DNA from: Hydrolagus colliei | Lineage: Eukaryota | Direction of reading: 5' to 3' | NCBI GenBank assembly: GCA_035084275.1 | Contig: CM068755.1 | Coordinates: 4,960,001-5,024,000, forward strand | Length of the DNA stretch: 64,000 bases | Shown here: positions 52,015-64,000 of the stretch, in pieces | How positions within the stretch are numbered: position 1 is the stretch's first letter | Layout of the letters: the number at the start of each line of letters is the position of its first letter | Made by a program: the position numbers and the translations under genes | Notes under the pieces: generated by a model | Database searches by the model: none | Seen by the model: only the letters and a program-made list of their open reading frames with translations | Told to the model about the DNA's origin: nothing

Positions 52015-52341
52015 CGCATTTGATATAGCGCTTTTCACATCTTATCAACGTCTCAAAGCTCTTCACAGAATATACTGTAAAGTGAATTGACTGTATATTT
52101 GTGGGCAAAACCAATTGCGCCCAGCAGTGTCATTTGCAGCCAATTGCACACAGCAGTGTCCCCACAAACAGACATGGATTGAAATGACCAATTTTTATTA
52201 TTGTTTTTTTGGGGGGTGGATTATTATTAGGCGTGTGAGTAAGAAAACTTACCCAAGTTTACGCCCTGATCTGCTTCGATTCGAACACAGGTCTCACTCT
52301 TGTAAGGCGAGTGTTCTAACCACTGACCTACAGGAGCTCCA
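52015..52341 (-). mobile_element. SINE family A, full length
   Basis: Consensus-like, with a small internal duplication. Confidence 0.88.
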
Positions 52342-52611
52342 CAAATTGAAGATGTACATCAAAATCCCCTGCTTCACCAAGACTGTACCCAGTGTAATGA
52401 TCGACACATCCTGACTATCATGTTGGGCGCTCCAGATGATGAGAGGAGGAACGAAGCTTGGATTGTTTATGTGCAAATTGGTTGCCCTGTTTGCCTACAA
52501 ATACACTTAACTCACTGGTTAACACTTGAGAATAAAATCTGGCAGAGGGAGGCCTTTGAGACGGCTCAACATAAATGTGATTAGGAGTTATTTCAAATGC
52601 AAAGATTCAAA

Positions 52612-52771
52612 ACAGTCCTGGATTGAAATGACCAATCTATTATTTTTTGTGGTGATTATTGTTAGGCGTGTGGAATAAGGAAACTTGCCCAAGATTTCAC
52701 CCTGCCTGGAATCGAACTCAGGTCTCTTGCTTGCAAGGCGAGTGCTCTAACCACTGAGTTACAGTACTCCA
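52612..52771 (-). mobile_element. SINE family A 5' half
   Basis: Head with B box gagttcgattcc on the minus strand. Confidence 0.83.
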
Positions 52772-53805
52772 CAGATATTGACTACTCCCCACCATCCCTA
52801 TTTTCTAGTTCCTAACCAATTGTCCTGGTATCAGATGGATGTTAGTGTTGGAACAAACTGCTGAGCTCGATAGAAAGTTAACAGTTTACAGAAAAGACCA
52901 ATAAGACTGACCGGTGGGGCTGTTGTGGGCTGCTATATTTTGAGATGAATGTATTCAAGAAGACATGGAGCTAAACTTGAACTGACTAATGCTGAGCCAA
53001 GCAGAGGTATTGCAATATAAATTCCGATGCACTTTTCAGAAGTATTCACATCACAACTATCACCTGGGGATAAATCAGGAACCAGCCACCAACATTCAGT
53101 ATAACTGGGCGCTCACTATGCTTTGCATGGTTCCATCAACAGTGATGTCTAGTGTGGTTTAGCATTATTTGATCAATTGGATAGCCTCCGCAGCAATTAG
53201 TGGTCAGGCCAAATGAATCATTTCACTTTCAAGCTATTCACACTGTGGTACCCATAATATTAATAATAATTTTGAAGACAGTGAAAGACGAAGAGGAGGC
53301 CCACATTCTTTTCAGCTGAGGAGCTATCAATACCTCTATCAGAACAAAAATCAAAACTGTGGCTCTTCCATTAGCATCTAGTTTTCACCTTCAAACCCTT
53401 TGAACATCTGAGTCTTACACAGAGTATATTCTGTGAAGCACTTTGAGACGTTAATCAGATGTGAAAAGCGCTATATCAAATGCATGGATTGTTATTATTA
53501 TAATAGTTTGTGGGACTCTCAAATCTTCTTTATCACATACTTTCTCCATGAGCTCAACTAAAGCTCCATTGGCATTGGTGCTCTTACCTCAATGTTTTTG
53601 CTATCGTTATACAGTGAGCACAGGATGAGGTTTGGGTTTGTTTTTGACCACAATCGATGGTGAAAGTTACAGGTGAAATGTCTGTTATTTCTTAAGAGGG
53701 TCCCTTGTATTAAATAAGATTTAAAGTTTGCTCCTAAATTCCCATTGATCTGATGCAGTTGTCACTTTTTTTTTAAATGGCCACCATTAGCACTACTTTA
53801 AACCA

Positions 53806-53990
53806 CAATAATAAAATTGGTCATTTTCAATCCACTCACTGTTTGTGGGACACTGCTATGCGCAATTGGCTGCTGCGTTCCGCCCACAAATATACAGTCA
53901 AATCACTTTACAGTATATTCTATGAAGCGCTTTGAGACGTTAATAAGATGTGAAAAGCACTACATCAAATGCGAGGATTATTATTATTAC
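53806..53990 (+). mobile_element. SINE family A 3' half
   Basis: aaattggtcattttcaatcc...ggattattattatt. Confidence 0.85.
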
Positions 53991-54319
53991 AGTACTAAGT
54001 CATCGATGTCACCAACATCACTCCCTGCACACTACCCATAATAAGCGGCTACTCCTTGCCAGAGGTTCACAGTGAGATGCTCTTCTATGTGGACATCAGC
54101 CTGTATGTCAGTGAAATTGACATGAAGCAGAATAATTTTTTAAGCTAAAAACTGTGGTCAAGTCTATTCATTGATGCACTGGGAAGGGGAAAAGTGGTGA
54201 TTAGCAATGCAAACAACATGCAGTCAAACAGTATATTGCTAGATAATACATACAATTTGATTTGGTTGCACATTGTGTTATGTCACACAGATGGATAACA
54301 CAGATGTACTCCACACCAT

Positions 54320-54715
54320 TAGAGTTCAATTGTCTTCAAGTCAAAAGTCAGTTCAAGATCCTGGTTCTCATCCTCAAAGCCCTCCATGGTTTCACTCTCC
54401 CGAACCTCTGCAGCCTCCTCACCCCCTACCAAGCTGTCTCCCACCTCACCCACCCCACCATTGGCGAGCAGCCTCTCTTCCACTATTGTCTGGAACTCCT
54501 TCTTGCAGTCTCTCTGCCTCACCCCATTCCTTGTCTCCTTTAAGACCGACCTCAAGGCCTTCCTCTTTGACCGTGCTTTCAACTTGCTTGCCCCCGTGAC
54601 CTCCACCCTCTTCAATCCCGACCCCTAGCTCGCGTCTGAAATACTGTCCGTCCAGCGCCTTGGGACATGCTACAGATGTGAAGGGCTCTGTACAAGTGTA
54701 ATTTTGTTGTTGTTG
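54320..54715 (+). mobile_element. L2-clade LINE 3' end
   Basis: FKILVLILKALHG..P..L.SLLTPY and WNS...SFKTDLKAFLFDRAF in shifted frames; (TTG)n tail. Confidence 0.82.
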
Positions 54716-54950
54716 TCTGTGCCGAGTTAGCTAACCTGAGCCAGGTGAGCCAGTGAGGGAGATTCTTCAATCAGCCTCAGTTTTCCAAGTTTATGGGCAA
54801 AAAAAAATAGCTTGGGTTCCACATCCACATCTGATCACTTGTGCCCCCTGCTGGACAGTACACATATGCAAATGTTATGTGAGGAAGAGATAGTTCTTAG
54901 CTGTGATGTCCCCCTCACAGTCACAGCACAATTCCTCACTGGTGTCTATT
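54716..54950 (+). mobile_element. Ancient SINE relic, AmnSINE2-like
   Basis: tctgtgccgagttagctaacctgagcc...ccccctgctgga.agt...gtgagga.gagat...gctgtgatg.ccc..cacagtc resembles the AmnSINE2 consensus as I recall it. Related bits lie at about 18190, 29325, 38160 (minus) and 62700. Confidence 0.5.
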
Positions 54951-55197
54951 ATGTCCTGATTTATAATGGGATTCCCCGATAAAAAAAACTAAGTTGCATT
55001 CTGCTAACATATGGGATCAATGTTCTGACTCAGTCTGCTGTAATGGCAAGAGTTCCCATGTCCCCAGTTATTGACAAGATACCCACTTGAATCCTTATTG
55101 AGGAATCGCATTAGAAACTGCCACATAGCAGTCCATCCAGTGACAGACTGCTCCAGACTGAAGCCCCAATACAGTTGAAGAGCGCTTTTGGATAACC

Positions 55198-55395
55198 ACA
55201 ACAACAAAATTACATTTGTAGAGCGCCTTCCACGTCAGGAAGACATCCCAAGGCACTGGACAGTCAGGGGTCAGGACCCAATCATGGGGGAAGGGGCAGG
55301 GTCGGCGGCTGAAGACACGGACGAAGAAGGGGTTCTTGAGATCGGTATTGAAGGAGACAAGCGAGGGAGCAAGGTGAAGGGATTGCGGGATGGGT
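55198..55395 (-). mobile_element. L2-clade LINE 3' end
   Basis: The minus strand encodes SLVSFNTDLKNPFF plus the tail; inverted relative to 54320-54715. Confidence 0.78.
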
Positions 55396-56184
55396 AATCT
55401 ATAAACCAATATCCTATTTGACCCTATATAAGTGGCTCTTAAACATCCAATGGCACCGTTTGAAAAGAGAAGGGAGATTCTCCAGGTGTCCTGGCCAATA
55501 TTCATTCCAAGTAAAAAAAATGTAACTCCAGATCTCAGATTCAATCTAGCAGTTTCCTGCGTCATCAACTCTCTATTTTATGTGCAATCAGCACGTCCTT
55601 AGAACCAATCAAGTCGCTCTTCGTAATCAAGGTGAAGAGACTCTATGAATTTTCAGCCCGGTTTTGTCGAAGTCCATTTGCTTTGTTGGGAGTGAGTGGA
55701 GGTTTTCATCTGAACAAATATCTTTGTCCAGCCCTTTGAAACCCGTTTTGTTGGCAACATGTAGCGTACTGTTTGAAATGTAGGCAACAGCATTGATCTG
55801 CCCTTTCCCTTTACGGGACTCAATGAAGCACTCAATGAACTATTCATGTCCGTCGCATTGAGACCAGAAGCAGCTGCTGTAACCTCTGTTCTTTCGGAGC
55901 CCTCCTCAAACGGGGCCATAGGTCAGACTGTCACTGGTTTGGAGATGGGACTGGGCCGCGGTTGTGTGGCAGGCCTGCCTTTGACAGGATGGCAGTTGTC
56001 AGAATGACAGATTACTTTCTGTCACAGGGGTGAGCAGCCAGTTCACTTCCTCCCCTCCTTCCTCTCCCACCCCCTCCCCCATCATTGCCCCTCCCACCAC
56101 AGATCCCCTATTTAATATCTCCTCACTTGCTCACTCTTAGCTGAGTTTCACACATTCAGATGGGGTTTAACTTGAAAAAGAAAT

Positions 56185-56518
56185 GATGATAATCATTACA
56201 TTCTTACATCCTTATCATGTCGTGGAGACGTCTCAAAGCACTTCACGGAATATACTGTAAAGTGAATTGACTTTATATTTTGTGGGTTTAACGCAGTAGC
56301 CAATTGCACACAGCAGTGTCTACAAATAGTTGTGGATTGAGGTACTAATTGTTATTAATTATGTTTTGAAGGGATTATTACCCCCAGAAAGCGATCTACC
56401 AATCTATTTACTACCCAGTAAACAGGGGCATGTGGACGAAGGAAACTTGCCTACAGTTTCATCCCGCCCAGGAATCGTACCCAGGTCCACTCGTTTGTGA
56501 GGCGAGTGCTCTAACCAT
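56185..56518 (-). mobile_element. SINE subfamily B
   Basis: Tail, core, ttacccccagaaa.cgatcta linker and tRNA-like head. Confidence 0.8.
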
Positions 56519-56621
56519 CATGGGTGTCATATCCTATCATGAGCGATGAGTCACAGGATAAGTCACTTCAATGTTGGTCAAGTTTTAATGTCCTGCCTCC
56601 CAACTTTTGCTTTCTCTGCAG

Positions 56622-56711
56622 ATGATAGGCAGGAAATTGCATTGAACTTGTCAACTAATGGCATCAGCAGCATCAACATGTCAATTGAAATTAATGGCAC
56701 CGTCTATACAG
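56622..56711 (+). CDS. ARID3B: ARID3B exon: DDRQEIALNLSTNGISSINMSIEINGTVYT(G), REKLES-beta region
   Basis: tttctctgcag acceptor, 90 nt, CAG|gtaaga donor; SINMSIEINGTVYTG motif typical of ARID3. Confidence 0.96.
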
Positions 56712-57482
56712 GTAAGATTCCGATAGATACCCTTTCTTATCATAACCTTGACAGGTCAAGTGTCAAGGACGACAGGTCACAGTAGAACCGAAGCACCCCT
56801 GAGGCAATGCCTCACAGGGAGGAGGGATTTGTGAATGATTCATAGACACACGGATCATTGGGGCAATTCATTGGGCATTTGTGGACTTCTTAAATACAGC
56901 CGTCCAGCCATTTGGGGATCTGGAAATTAGTTCTGAATGAGAAACAATCCTGTAGGCCTCAAACCTTTACTTGGTAAAGGATTTGTAAGTTTGCCAGCCC
57001 CCCCCCCCCACCACTCTGTGCCAGAATATTACAGAACTAACGTTGCATGGCCAGAGGTGCTGAGCTTTGGATGAGAGACATGAAGCCTGTCAGGTTTGGA
57101 CAGAGGTCCATTGGCTGTAGCTCACAGAAAAGACAGGAGTTCTCCTCTTGTTTGGGTAAACATTTTTTACTTGTCTGAATTCTCCCTCCGTGCAAACTCC
57201 AGATATTGTTAATTTGAAACTTTTAAACCTGCGTCCTCTTGTTCCACTCTCTTGATGGAGTAATGATCTGGGTTTACTTTCGCCTTCCCATGAAAAAAAA
57301 ATTCTACACCTCTGTGAGGTCCTCTCTGAGCAATCTTTTCTGTAGATTGAAGATGACTTGTCCAGCTTGTCCAATCGTGGCCAATAGCCCATTCCTCTAA
57401 CACTGAGAGATCATCCTCATTGCTCTGCACTGTCTTCTACGACCATGTGTTTTTATTAACCCCGGTTATTATCTCTCACTAG

Positions 57483-57622
57483 GAGTGCTGTTTGCTCAGC
57501 GACCAGCCATGCAAGTGATCGCAGGGCCAAGCAGCAGTAGCTCCGGCTCGCTGAGCACGTCAAGTCCTACCTCGGTCAAAGGTCACACCTCTGCGGAGCC
57601 TTCAACCAGTGGCTCCCCCTGA
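57483..57622 (+). CDS. ARID3B: ARID3B last coding exon: (G)VLFAQRPAMQVIAGPSSSSSGSLSTSSPTSVKGHTSAEPSTSGSP*
   Basis: ctctcactag acceptor; GVLFAQ completes REKLES-beta; TGA at 57620-57622. Confidence 0.95.
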
Positions 57623-60600
57623 AGGTGGGGCTTCTGCCACCGCATCACAGATGGACTCATCCTGATTGTATTTTTCTATAATTAAGGCAGGGAATTTTAA
57701 AAGAGAAAGAGAATCAAAGGATTGCACAGACCTTACCTCTCCAACTCAAGGAACCTATGTGACAATTTCTGTTTAAAGTATGCGGCCATTTAAACACGTG
57801 AGTTAACTCGGGAGAATTCCGCAACTTGACCCAGCTTAAGAGTGACAGTTTCCCTATGGTTGGCTGGCGTTCACCTTTTCAGACATCAAAAGGGAAATCT
57901 CATCATTCCTAAACCAAGCCACCCTCTTAGCGCTAAGTTAAAGGTTGGGTTTTGGGCTTTCAGGCTTAATGAATTCTGACTCATAACTCGCACACTGTTA
58001 TCTACCATTTTATTTCGGTCTCGTAAAAATTCAGGGATGTTTTTGAAAGACAATAAGGACCATGCCCAACAGTCCCCTAATGTTGGCAGCCTTTTATTAT
58101 GTTTGGTTGTGCCTGTTAACCCTTTCGCTCATCTTTTAACTTCTCCAGTTAGATCAGAGTGGGGGGGCGGTTAAGTTCTTGGAAGAAGCTGTTTTATTTT
58201 GTTTCAGTTTTGTAACTGAGGGTTGCAGCTAGTCAAGTAGCAGAATAAAAACTAGATCTAGGGGTATGTGTGGTGTGCGTGGACATGAGTGCTTATGTGT
58301 GTGTGTGCATGCGTGTGTATAAATTTAAAGATTTCCCTGCTGTGAAAACTGAGCAAAGAAAAAAAAATCAGAATATTCAGGTTCTAATTGGATTAATTTC
58401 TGGCAGCCTGTTCCCTACGAAGGTAGTCTTTCCTGAATCCTACAGCCCATACACTGAGACAGTTCAGATCAGAAGAGATTAGAAACAAGAGCTCAGCAGT
58501 TGAGACATTCCCCCCATGTCTTGAGGCCATGGGTCATTGAGAGCCAACCAGCCAACTATCTTCACATCTGGGAAGAGCCAGGGTGGGTGTCACACTTTGT
58601 GTAGGGAGAAGCATGTCGGATCCGAGTGTGGAGGTGGAAGAGGGAGGGTCTGCAAAGCAAGTAGAGCACCTCTGTTGTTCGAACATGGAAAGCTAATGGT
58701 GACAGTGCAGTGGAGAAATGACTACAGAGAGTATACTGGAGGGAGGAGAGCTTGAAGGAAGTAACAAGAAAGTGAGAAATTGTGTGTGGTTTTGGTGGGG
58801 GGAGAATTCTGCAAGCAACACTGCCCTTCTCTGCTCCTCCTCTTCCTCCAAACTGTAGAGTCAGGATGACTGAGGGAACATCTATGGAGCAATTTGGTGA
58901 TCTGTGGTCAGGAGTCTTTTGAATTTCAACCACAGTTTCTGAGTTGCGTCCCTCCCACTGGTTGAGCAGACAGGTTGACTTGGTTAAGGACACCTGTGAG
59001 GGTGTCCGAGGAAAGCTAGTATCTCAGGAGACTGGAATTAGAGTGTGGATCTAGCAGTCCGTAGGGTAGTCTATCCAACACGCTGCATACACGTTCCTTA
59101 CCCCTATTGGTTTTATTTTGCACTGACCTGCAATGACACACACCCTCTAAAAGCCAACAAAGGGATACTGTCTTATAAAGGGATTGCTGCAAACAGGACC
59201 TTAACAGACCCTGAACAGAACAGTGTAAAGTGAGGTCACGTCGCAAGCGGAAATGCAACATTCACTACACTTGGGATGTGCTTGTTGGCAGTAGCCTCTC
59301 CTGTTGTGAGACGTGGATTCACTGGAAGCTGTCCGTATGGATGCCTCTCTTGTCTGTTATGGTTCTCAGGTTATGTGGTATTTACGCGGGTAACAAACAT
59401 TAATCCAGGCATCTTTTTTTCTCTCGCTCATTAATTTTCTTCCCTCCTTCGTTCACCTCTTCTCAAGGAGTTTGGAGTAGTTTCTGCCTTTTGCCTGTTT
59501 ACGAGGCCCCCAAGTAATGTATATTTGCTCAGGAGACTTGACAATGATAATTGACTACATGGTTTGGTTCCTATCCTACCCTAACTCGGTGTGTTCATAC
59601 CTATGCCTCCAGAGAGGTGAACAAGGTGGGGTATCATTAGATGGTGATTAGGAGTGGTACCCCTGGACAATTCCTCTCCCCCGCCCCCGACACAGAGATA
59701 TTGATGATTGCCAGATACTGTTTGGCACACGTAATTAAATCCACATCTTCAACGCACTCTCAGTACTGTAGCTGCTTGAGGTTTAATAGTAAGAGTAACA
59801 CAACAGTTTGTCCACATCTACCACCCTTCCCAGGCTCCAAACACCTCTCAAAGGTCTGAAGTGATATGAAGCGGGAGTGGGGTTTGGGGTGGGCAGGCAG
59901 AGAGGGGGGAGAGCAACTAGAAATCTGAAACAGATGGAAGTTTGGTTTAATGAGCACTTTTTTCTGTAAGTTCCATTCTTCGAATTGCACTTGTATCTCA
60001 GTGGTGACCGTTTCTCTCCGATCCAACCAACCTCTGCAGTGTTTCTTAACGTCACAACCTCTAGGCTTCCTGCAATGCCGCCTCGGAAGAAGCAGGAGCT
60101 AGAGACGTGCAATGGCACCACTGGGTGATGTGACCGCAGAGCCGCACTTACACTACATTGATACCCGCAGTGACACATGGCAACACTTTCCCTCGACTGG
60201 GAGGGAGGAGAGGGAGGGAGTGGGGGAGCGGGGATAATGAACTTCAGACTAAACAACACTTTAAAGCCCCAGGGTGGATTTGAAAGTGTTAGTGGGCAGG
60301 AGGGAGGCATGTAAATGAGTGCGATATCTGTTCGTGAGTGGGAGGCCTGTTAGTGAGCGAGGTGCGTGGAGTTTTCCAGACAAAGATACACAGTTGTCAC
60401 GGTCGTCACACAGTTGTCCTTGCAATGAGCTGAGGGAAGCAAGTATCGATTTCACGTCTACATTTGTCTTGTCATAGATGTCTCCAGCTGTGGCTGGTTG
60501 CTTTGCTGTTCAATGTACAAAACCATCCTGGAAATCAGTGCGCTCTTGCGATCTTAAGAGCCCTAGAAACCTCAGTGGAGACTGAGACCATTCGGCCCAT

Positions 60601-63400
60601 CATGCTTGTGCTGTGATATCCAGGTTCAGTCAATGCATTCAATAACTTCTGCCCACTCAAAGTGCATCACCACAACAATGGTCTTGCTAAGTATTAACAC
60701 TTGATGTGCCAATCGTCCCATTGGGAACGTAGGAATCTACATGTTCACAAAGGACCATTGGGGCCCACATCTAGACAGTCCCATTTTCTCATTCTCCCAA
60801 TTTATATATTTTTTATGTAACCAAAAAGCTTTTTGCTTGAAAATAATTTGCCTGGATTCTCTTAATGAACCTTCATTGTAACCTTTGTTCTTCAGCTGTC
60901 GTAGCAGCAGAAGAGCACTACATACATGTGACACACTCTTGTTGGTCTGGTTCCATACACCCACTAATCAGAACTATGAGTTCTCTTTTCAACCATTCTG
61001 AAAAATGTAAGCTATTTATACTCAGTCTTTCACAGTCCAATAGGATTTGTTTTAGAATGATTTTTGTTGTTGTATCTACACAGTATCAGTGCCAGTGATT
61101 AACTTGAAAATCTGAGGTCTAAATCATTTGTATGTCTGCACCTCTGATGTATTTCCTCTCACATACCTTGAAAGTGTTGACTACATACTCAGGGACTTGT
61201 CCATGAGACTTAAGAGCTCCCCGCCAGTCCCTCACCTAAGTCTGAGGTGAGCTTCTTAACTTCTTAAAGTTTGAGGTTGAGCAGAAAGTGTGAGAAAGTA
61301 TTCAATATTTAGGATATCACATCAGAACCCCAAATCCCAACATTAAGTAACCCTAAACCTAACACTACAAACCCAAATCTGGATCTTAAACATCACCCAG
61401 TGCGCAACCCTACTTCAAACCCTTCCTCTAACCCCGTCCAAATACAAATCCAACTTAAATCTTACTTTGATACAGCAGAATATGAATTTCAGTATGAATT
61501 TTAGCTCATTGTCTCTCTTCTTCCACCGCATTCAAAAATCCAAATGAAGCTTTATTTTAATTAACACAAACTTGTACTAATAAATATTGGGTTAATAATC
61601 TTCTCGAGAAACATTAGTCTGAGCAACAGCTCAAATTGGGCTTCAAACTCACTGAGATTGAAAATAACAGTGAAATGTCCTTAATGCTCTTTTCTCATCC
61701 TATATGAAACTGCTGAAGACTAAAGGTTTCCAATAAAGGTTTCTAAAGGGCAGAAATTCCACTTGGGTCTAGATTTTCTCCTCATGCAACATATCAGTGT
61801 CCTGAATTTGGTCAGTCTTACAATATTTGAGTCATAATTTTGAAGCCGTTTGCTTGTAAATTTTTATGGAAAATCAGCTTTAAAGTAAAGTCGCAGTTCA
61901 ACAAATTTCTGGACACTCTGAAATGCTAAGAAAATCTAAGAAAATCTGAAATGCTGAGTAAATCTGAACCCGGCTAGAATTTCTCATCCCAAAGGTCCGT
62001 TTTTCAATGCAGCTGAACTTTCTAGAACAAAGTGGAACCGGAGAGAGTGGATAACCCTGTTGGGTGATTTAAGGAGATTTTTTTTCAATAAATCTAGATT
62101 GGTTGAGTTCAAAGACCAAAAAGGATTCTCCTTTCACAAATCCCAATTTTCTTTCATCCATTTCCATGATTTGAAGTCAAATAAAAAATGCCACAAGTCT
62201 GTGAAGAGCAGCAGGTTCAAATATTGCCTTTTATTCAAAGTAAGTTCCCATTTTCATCGTATTCATTCAATAACCAGATGCAGAGGCCAAAAGAAATGGA
62301 CACAGTCTGTCCATTAGGTCACATGTTGATTTTGGCCTTGGACCCTTTTGGAACTGGCCTACGGGTGACTTAGGGACTAGAGAAAGCCTGCTTTCTTACA
62401 CATTGTCCGTAGAAGCTAATTTCTTACAATGTGGTCATTTTGTGCAGGTTTGCCTTCTTGTGGCTGATTTTAATAACAGATTGCCTTGTTTCTGACATCA
62501 ACTCCAAATGGCCCCCAAAGGTCAAAGGTTTCAGTAATCCTTCAAGGACTACAGTAGTATTTTGATAGCAAAATTGAGAATGTATACTCACTTTTTTTTA
62601 TAAAAAAGAAAATATGCTTTACTCCTTCCTCCAATACCTCATTTGGTAAACCCACTGGCTAGTGTTGAATTAAACATTGTATTCCAGGTTTGATCCTAGG
62701 TGTTATACTGAGTTAAAGGCAGCAGTAGGTTGATCCTCAGTAGCCCTGGACAAGGGACACTGGAAATAAAGACTTTGGCTTAAGAGGGTGTAGGGCAATC
62801 TGAATTGAAAATGAATTAAACATTTCTTAGAGACCTTTGACTCCAATGGCTATTTTGACCATTTGGTGTATCTAGAATGGAAGGACAGACCATGCCTGTT
62901 CCATAGGGTAATTGTCACCACTGAGTGTATCCTCTATTTTTACTTTGAATGTTAACTTAAGAATGAAATTACGTCAATACTGTGCGGACCACAGTCCTCG
63001 ATTGTTAAGGTTCATGTGTTGGGTGGGAAGCAAAATAACTCAAGACATATTTTTCACGCTCTGCTCATTATGTATATATAATATATATATATATACCTCA
63101 ACTGGAATAGCATTGCTGTTGTGCTTTTTAACGCTTGCGAGTTTGTTACAACAGTTTTGCGGAGTTTCGTTTTGTAATGTAATCACCAAAGAAAAAATGA
63201 AGAATGACCGAATTTTGCAGCATATTTCATGCTCCAAAAGGAGAATGACTGTTTTAAAATCTCCAAACATTTTGAGATGTGTTTCCCTTTCTCCCCCACC
63301 CACTTCTACCCCACCCCACCCCACTCCACCCTCCCCCTCCCACCCCATCGTCATTTTGTACTGCGTTGGATTGAAAAATCAGAGAGATACACAGTCAGAG
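57623..63400 (+). other. Probable long 3' UTR of ARID3B (3' end uncertain)
   Basis: Follows the stop codon and lacks the young SINEs that fill the introns. AATAAA at 58244, 61579, 61732, 62087, 62180 and 62765; miRNA seed matches present. Confidence 0.55.
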
Positions 63401-63544
63401 TCTCTGTGATAATCCATTGTAAACAGTCTGCAGTATTTGGGTGTTGCACCCTCTTGTGTGAGTGGTGGTAAAAAGAACCTACTGGTCACTGTAGCTACTT
63501 ACTTGTCAGGGCTTCTTTCAGGCTCCGCCCCTCTGTTGGCACGT

Positions 63545-63760
63545 TTAGCTTTCGGCCACTTTCCTCCACTCTCTGGAACACCCTTGGACAGCCTCCATCT
63601 AGCTCCCTCCCTGCCTGCTTTCAAAATCAGTCTCAAGGACTTATCTCATTGACTGCGCTCTGTGGGCATCTCCCACTCCTCTTCTCCATTTCTCTTGCCA
63701 TTTGGCCCACCACTCATGTGGAGAAGACTTGGAGATGCTATCCCTACACGAAAGATGCTG
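63545..63760 (+). mobile_element. Degenerate L2 3' end
   Basis: ctctggaacaccctt...ctccatctagctccctccctgcctgctttcaaaatcagtctcaagga (SLPAFKISLK). Confidence 0.6.
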
Positions 63761-64000
63761 AATAAGTATAATTTGTTTCAGGCACCAAAGAGGTTTGCTC
63801 AGATAGTGCATGTGGCTTTAACAGACGACACTGTGCAGATATTTTTAACTGTGTTTTATGGCAAGCTAAGGTAAAACGTGTCCATTTGTAGACTCGTACA
63901 CCAGTTCTGTCATGGATTCTACCTTACGATGAGCCATATTCTGACCAATGTTGTCGAGCTGTGATTGTACCTTATGCAGGAAGGTTTCAAATGTATAGGA

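Larger units (their letters stand above)
6906..57622 (+). other. ARID3B: ARID3B-like gene, 3' portion (7 coding exons; 5' exons outside window)
   Basis: The exons join with GT-AG introns and consistent phases (0,0,1,2,1,1,1), giving 1059 nt = 352 aa + stop. The NGSLAWNDDADGGR...DFAK exon and the C-terminal SAEPSTS match my recollection of ARID3B rather than ARID3A or ARID3C. Confidence 0.93.

Noticed and set aside
7268-56518. Apparent antisense bias of head-containing SINEs relative to ARID3B
   Set aside because: The sample is small and many short sense-strand tails are present, so the bias is not supportable without genome-wide counts.
6906-57622. Assignment to ARID3A or ARID3C
   Set aside because: The 24-aa exon before LYELD and the SAEPSTS C-terminus fit ARID3B. 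A phylogeny and a synteny check would be the formal test.
59783-63409. ORFs of 175 aa (59783..60310) and 165 aa (62912..63409) as a downstream gene
   Set aside because: No recognisable domain, low-complexity Pro runs, and no splice-consistent exon chain; the region fits a UTR better.

Overview
This is vertebrate nuclear DNA. The repeat content (CR1 and L2 LINE 3' ends, tRNA/Deu-type SINEs, a Penelope-type fold-back) points to a cartilaginous fish, which is an inference. The window holds the 3' part of one + strand gene, an ARID3B orthologue. Its seven coding exons are 6906-6977, 12331-12403, 45203-45386, 46084-46331, 48959-49210, 56622-56711 and 57483-57622. They splice GT-AG in frame into 352 codons plus a stop, covering the extended ARID domain, the REKLES domain and the C-terminus. 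The 5' exons lie upstream of the window. A 32.8-kb intron splits the ARID domain. About 5.9 kb of repeat-poor sequence after the stop looks like a long 3' UTR with let-7, miR-125 and Pumilio motifs. Almost all ORFs in the supplied track are spurious; the two long ones are CR1 reverse-transcriptase fragments. I see no prokaryotic-type system and cannot claim a new biological system. The best leads are a candidate poison exon at 18968-19043, a stop-free in-frame exon pair that could circularise, a near-identical inverted CR1 pair, a Penelope-type fold-back with hammerhead-core remnants, a young Tigger-like MITE, and a cascade of palindromes at a LINE insertion junction. Repeat boundaries are read by eye and are approximate, while exon boundaries were counted exactly.
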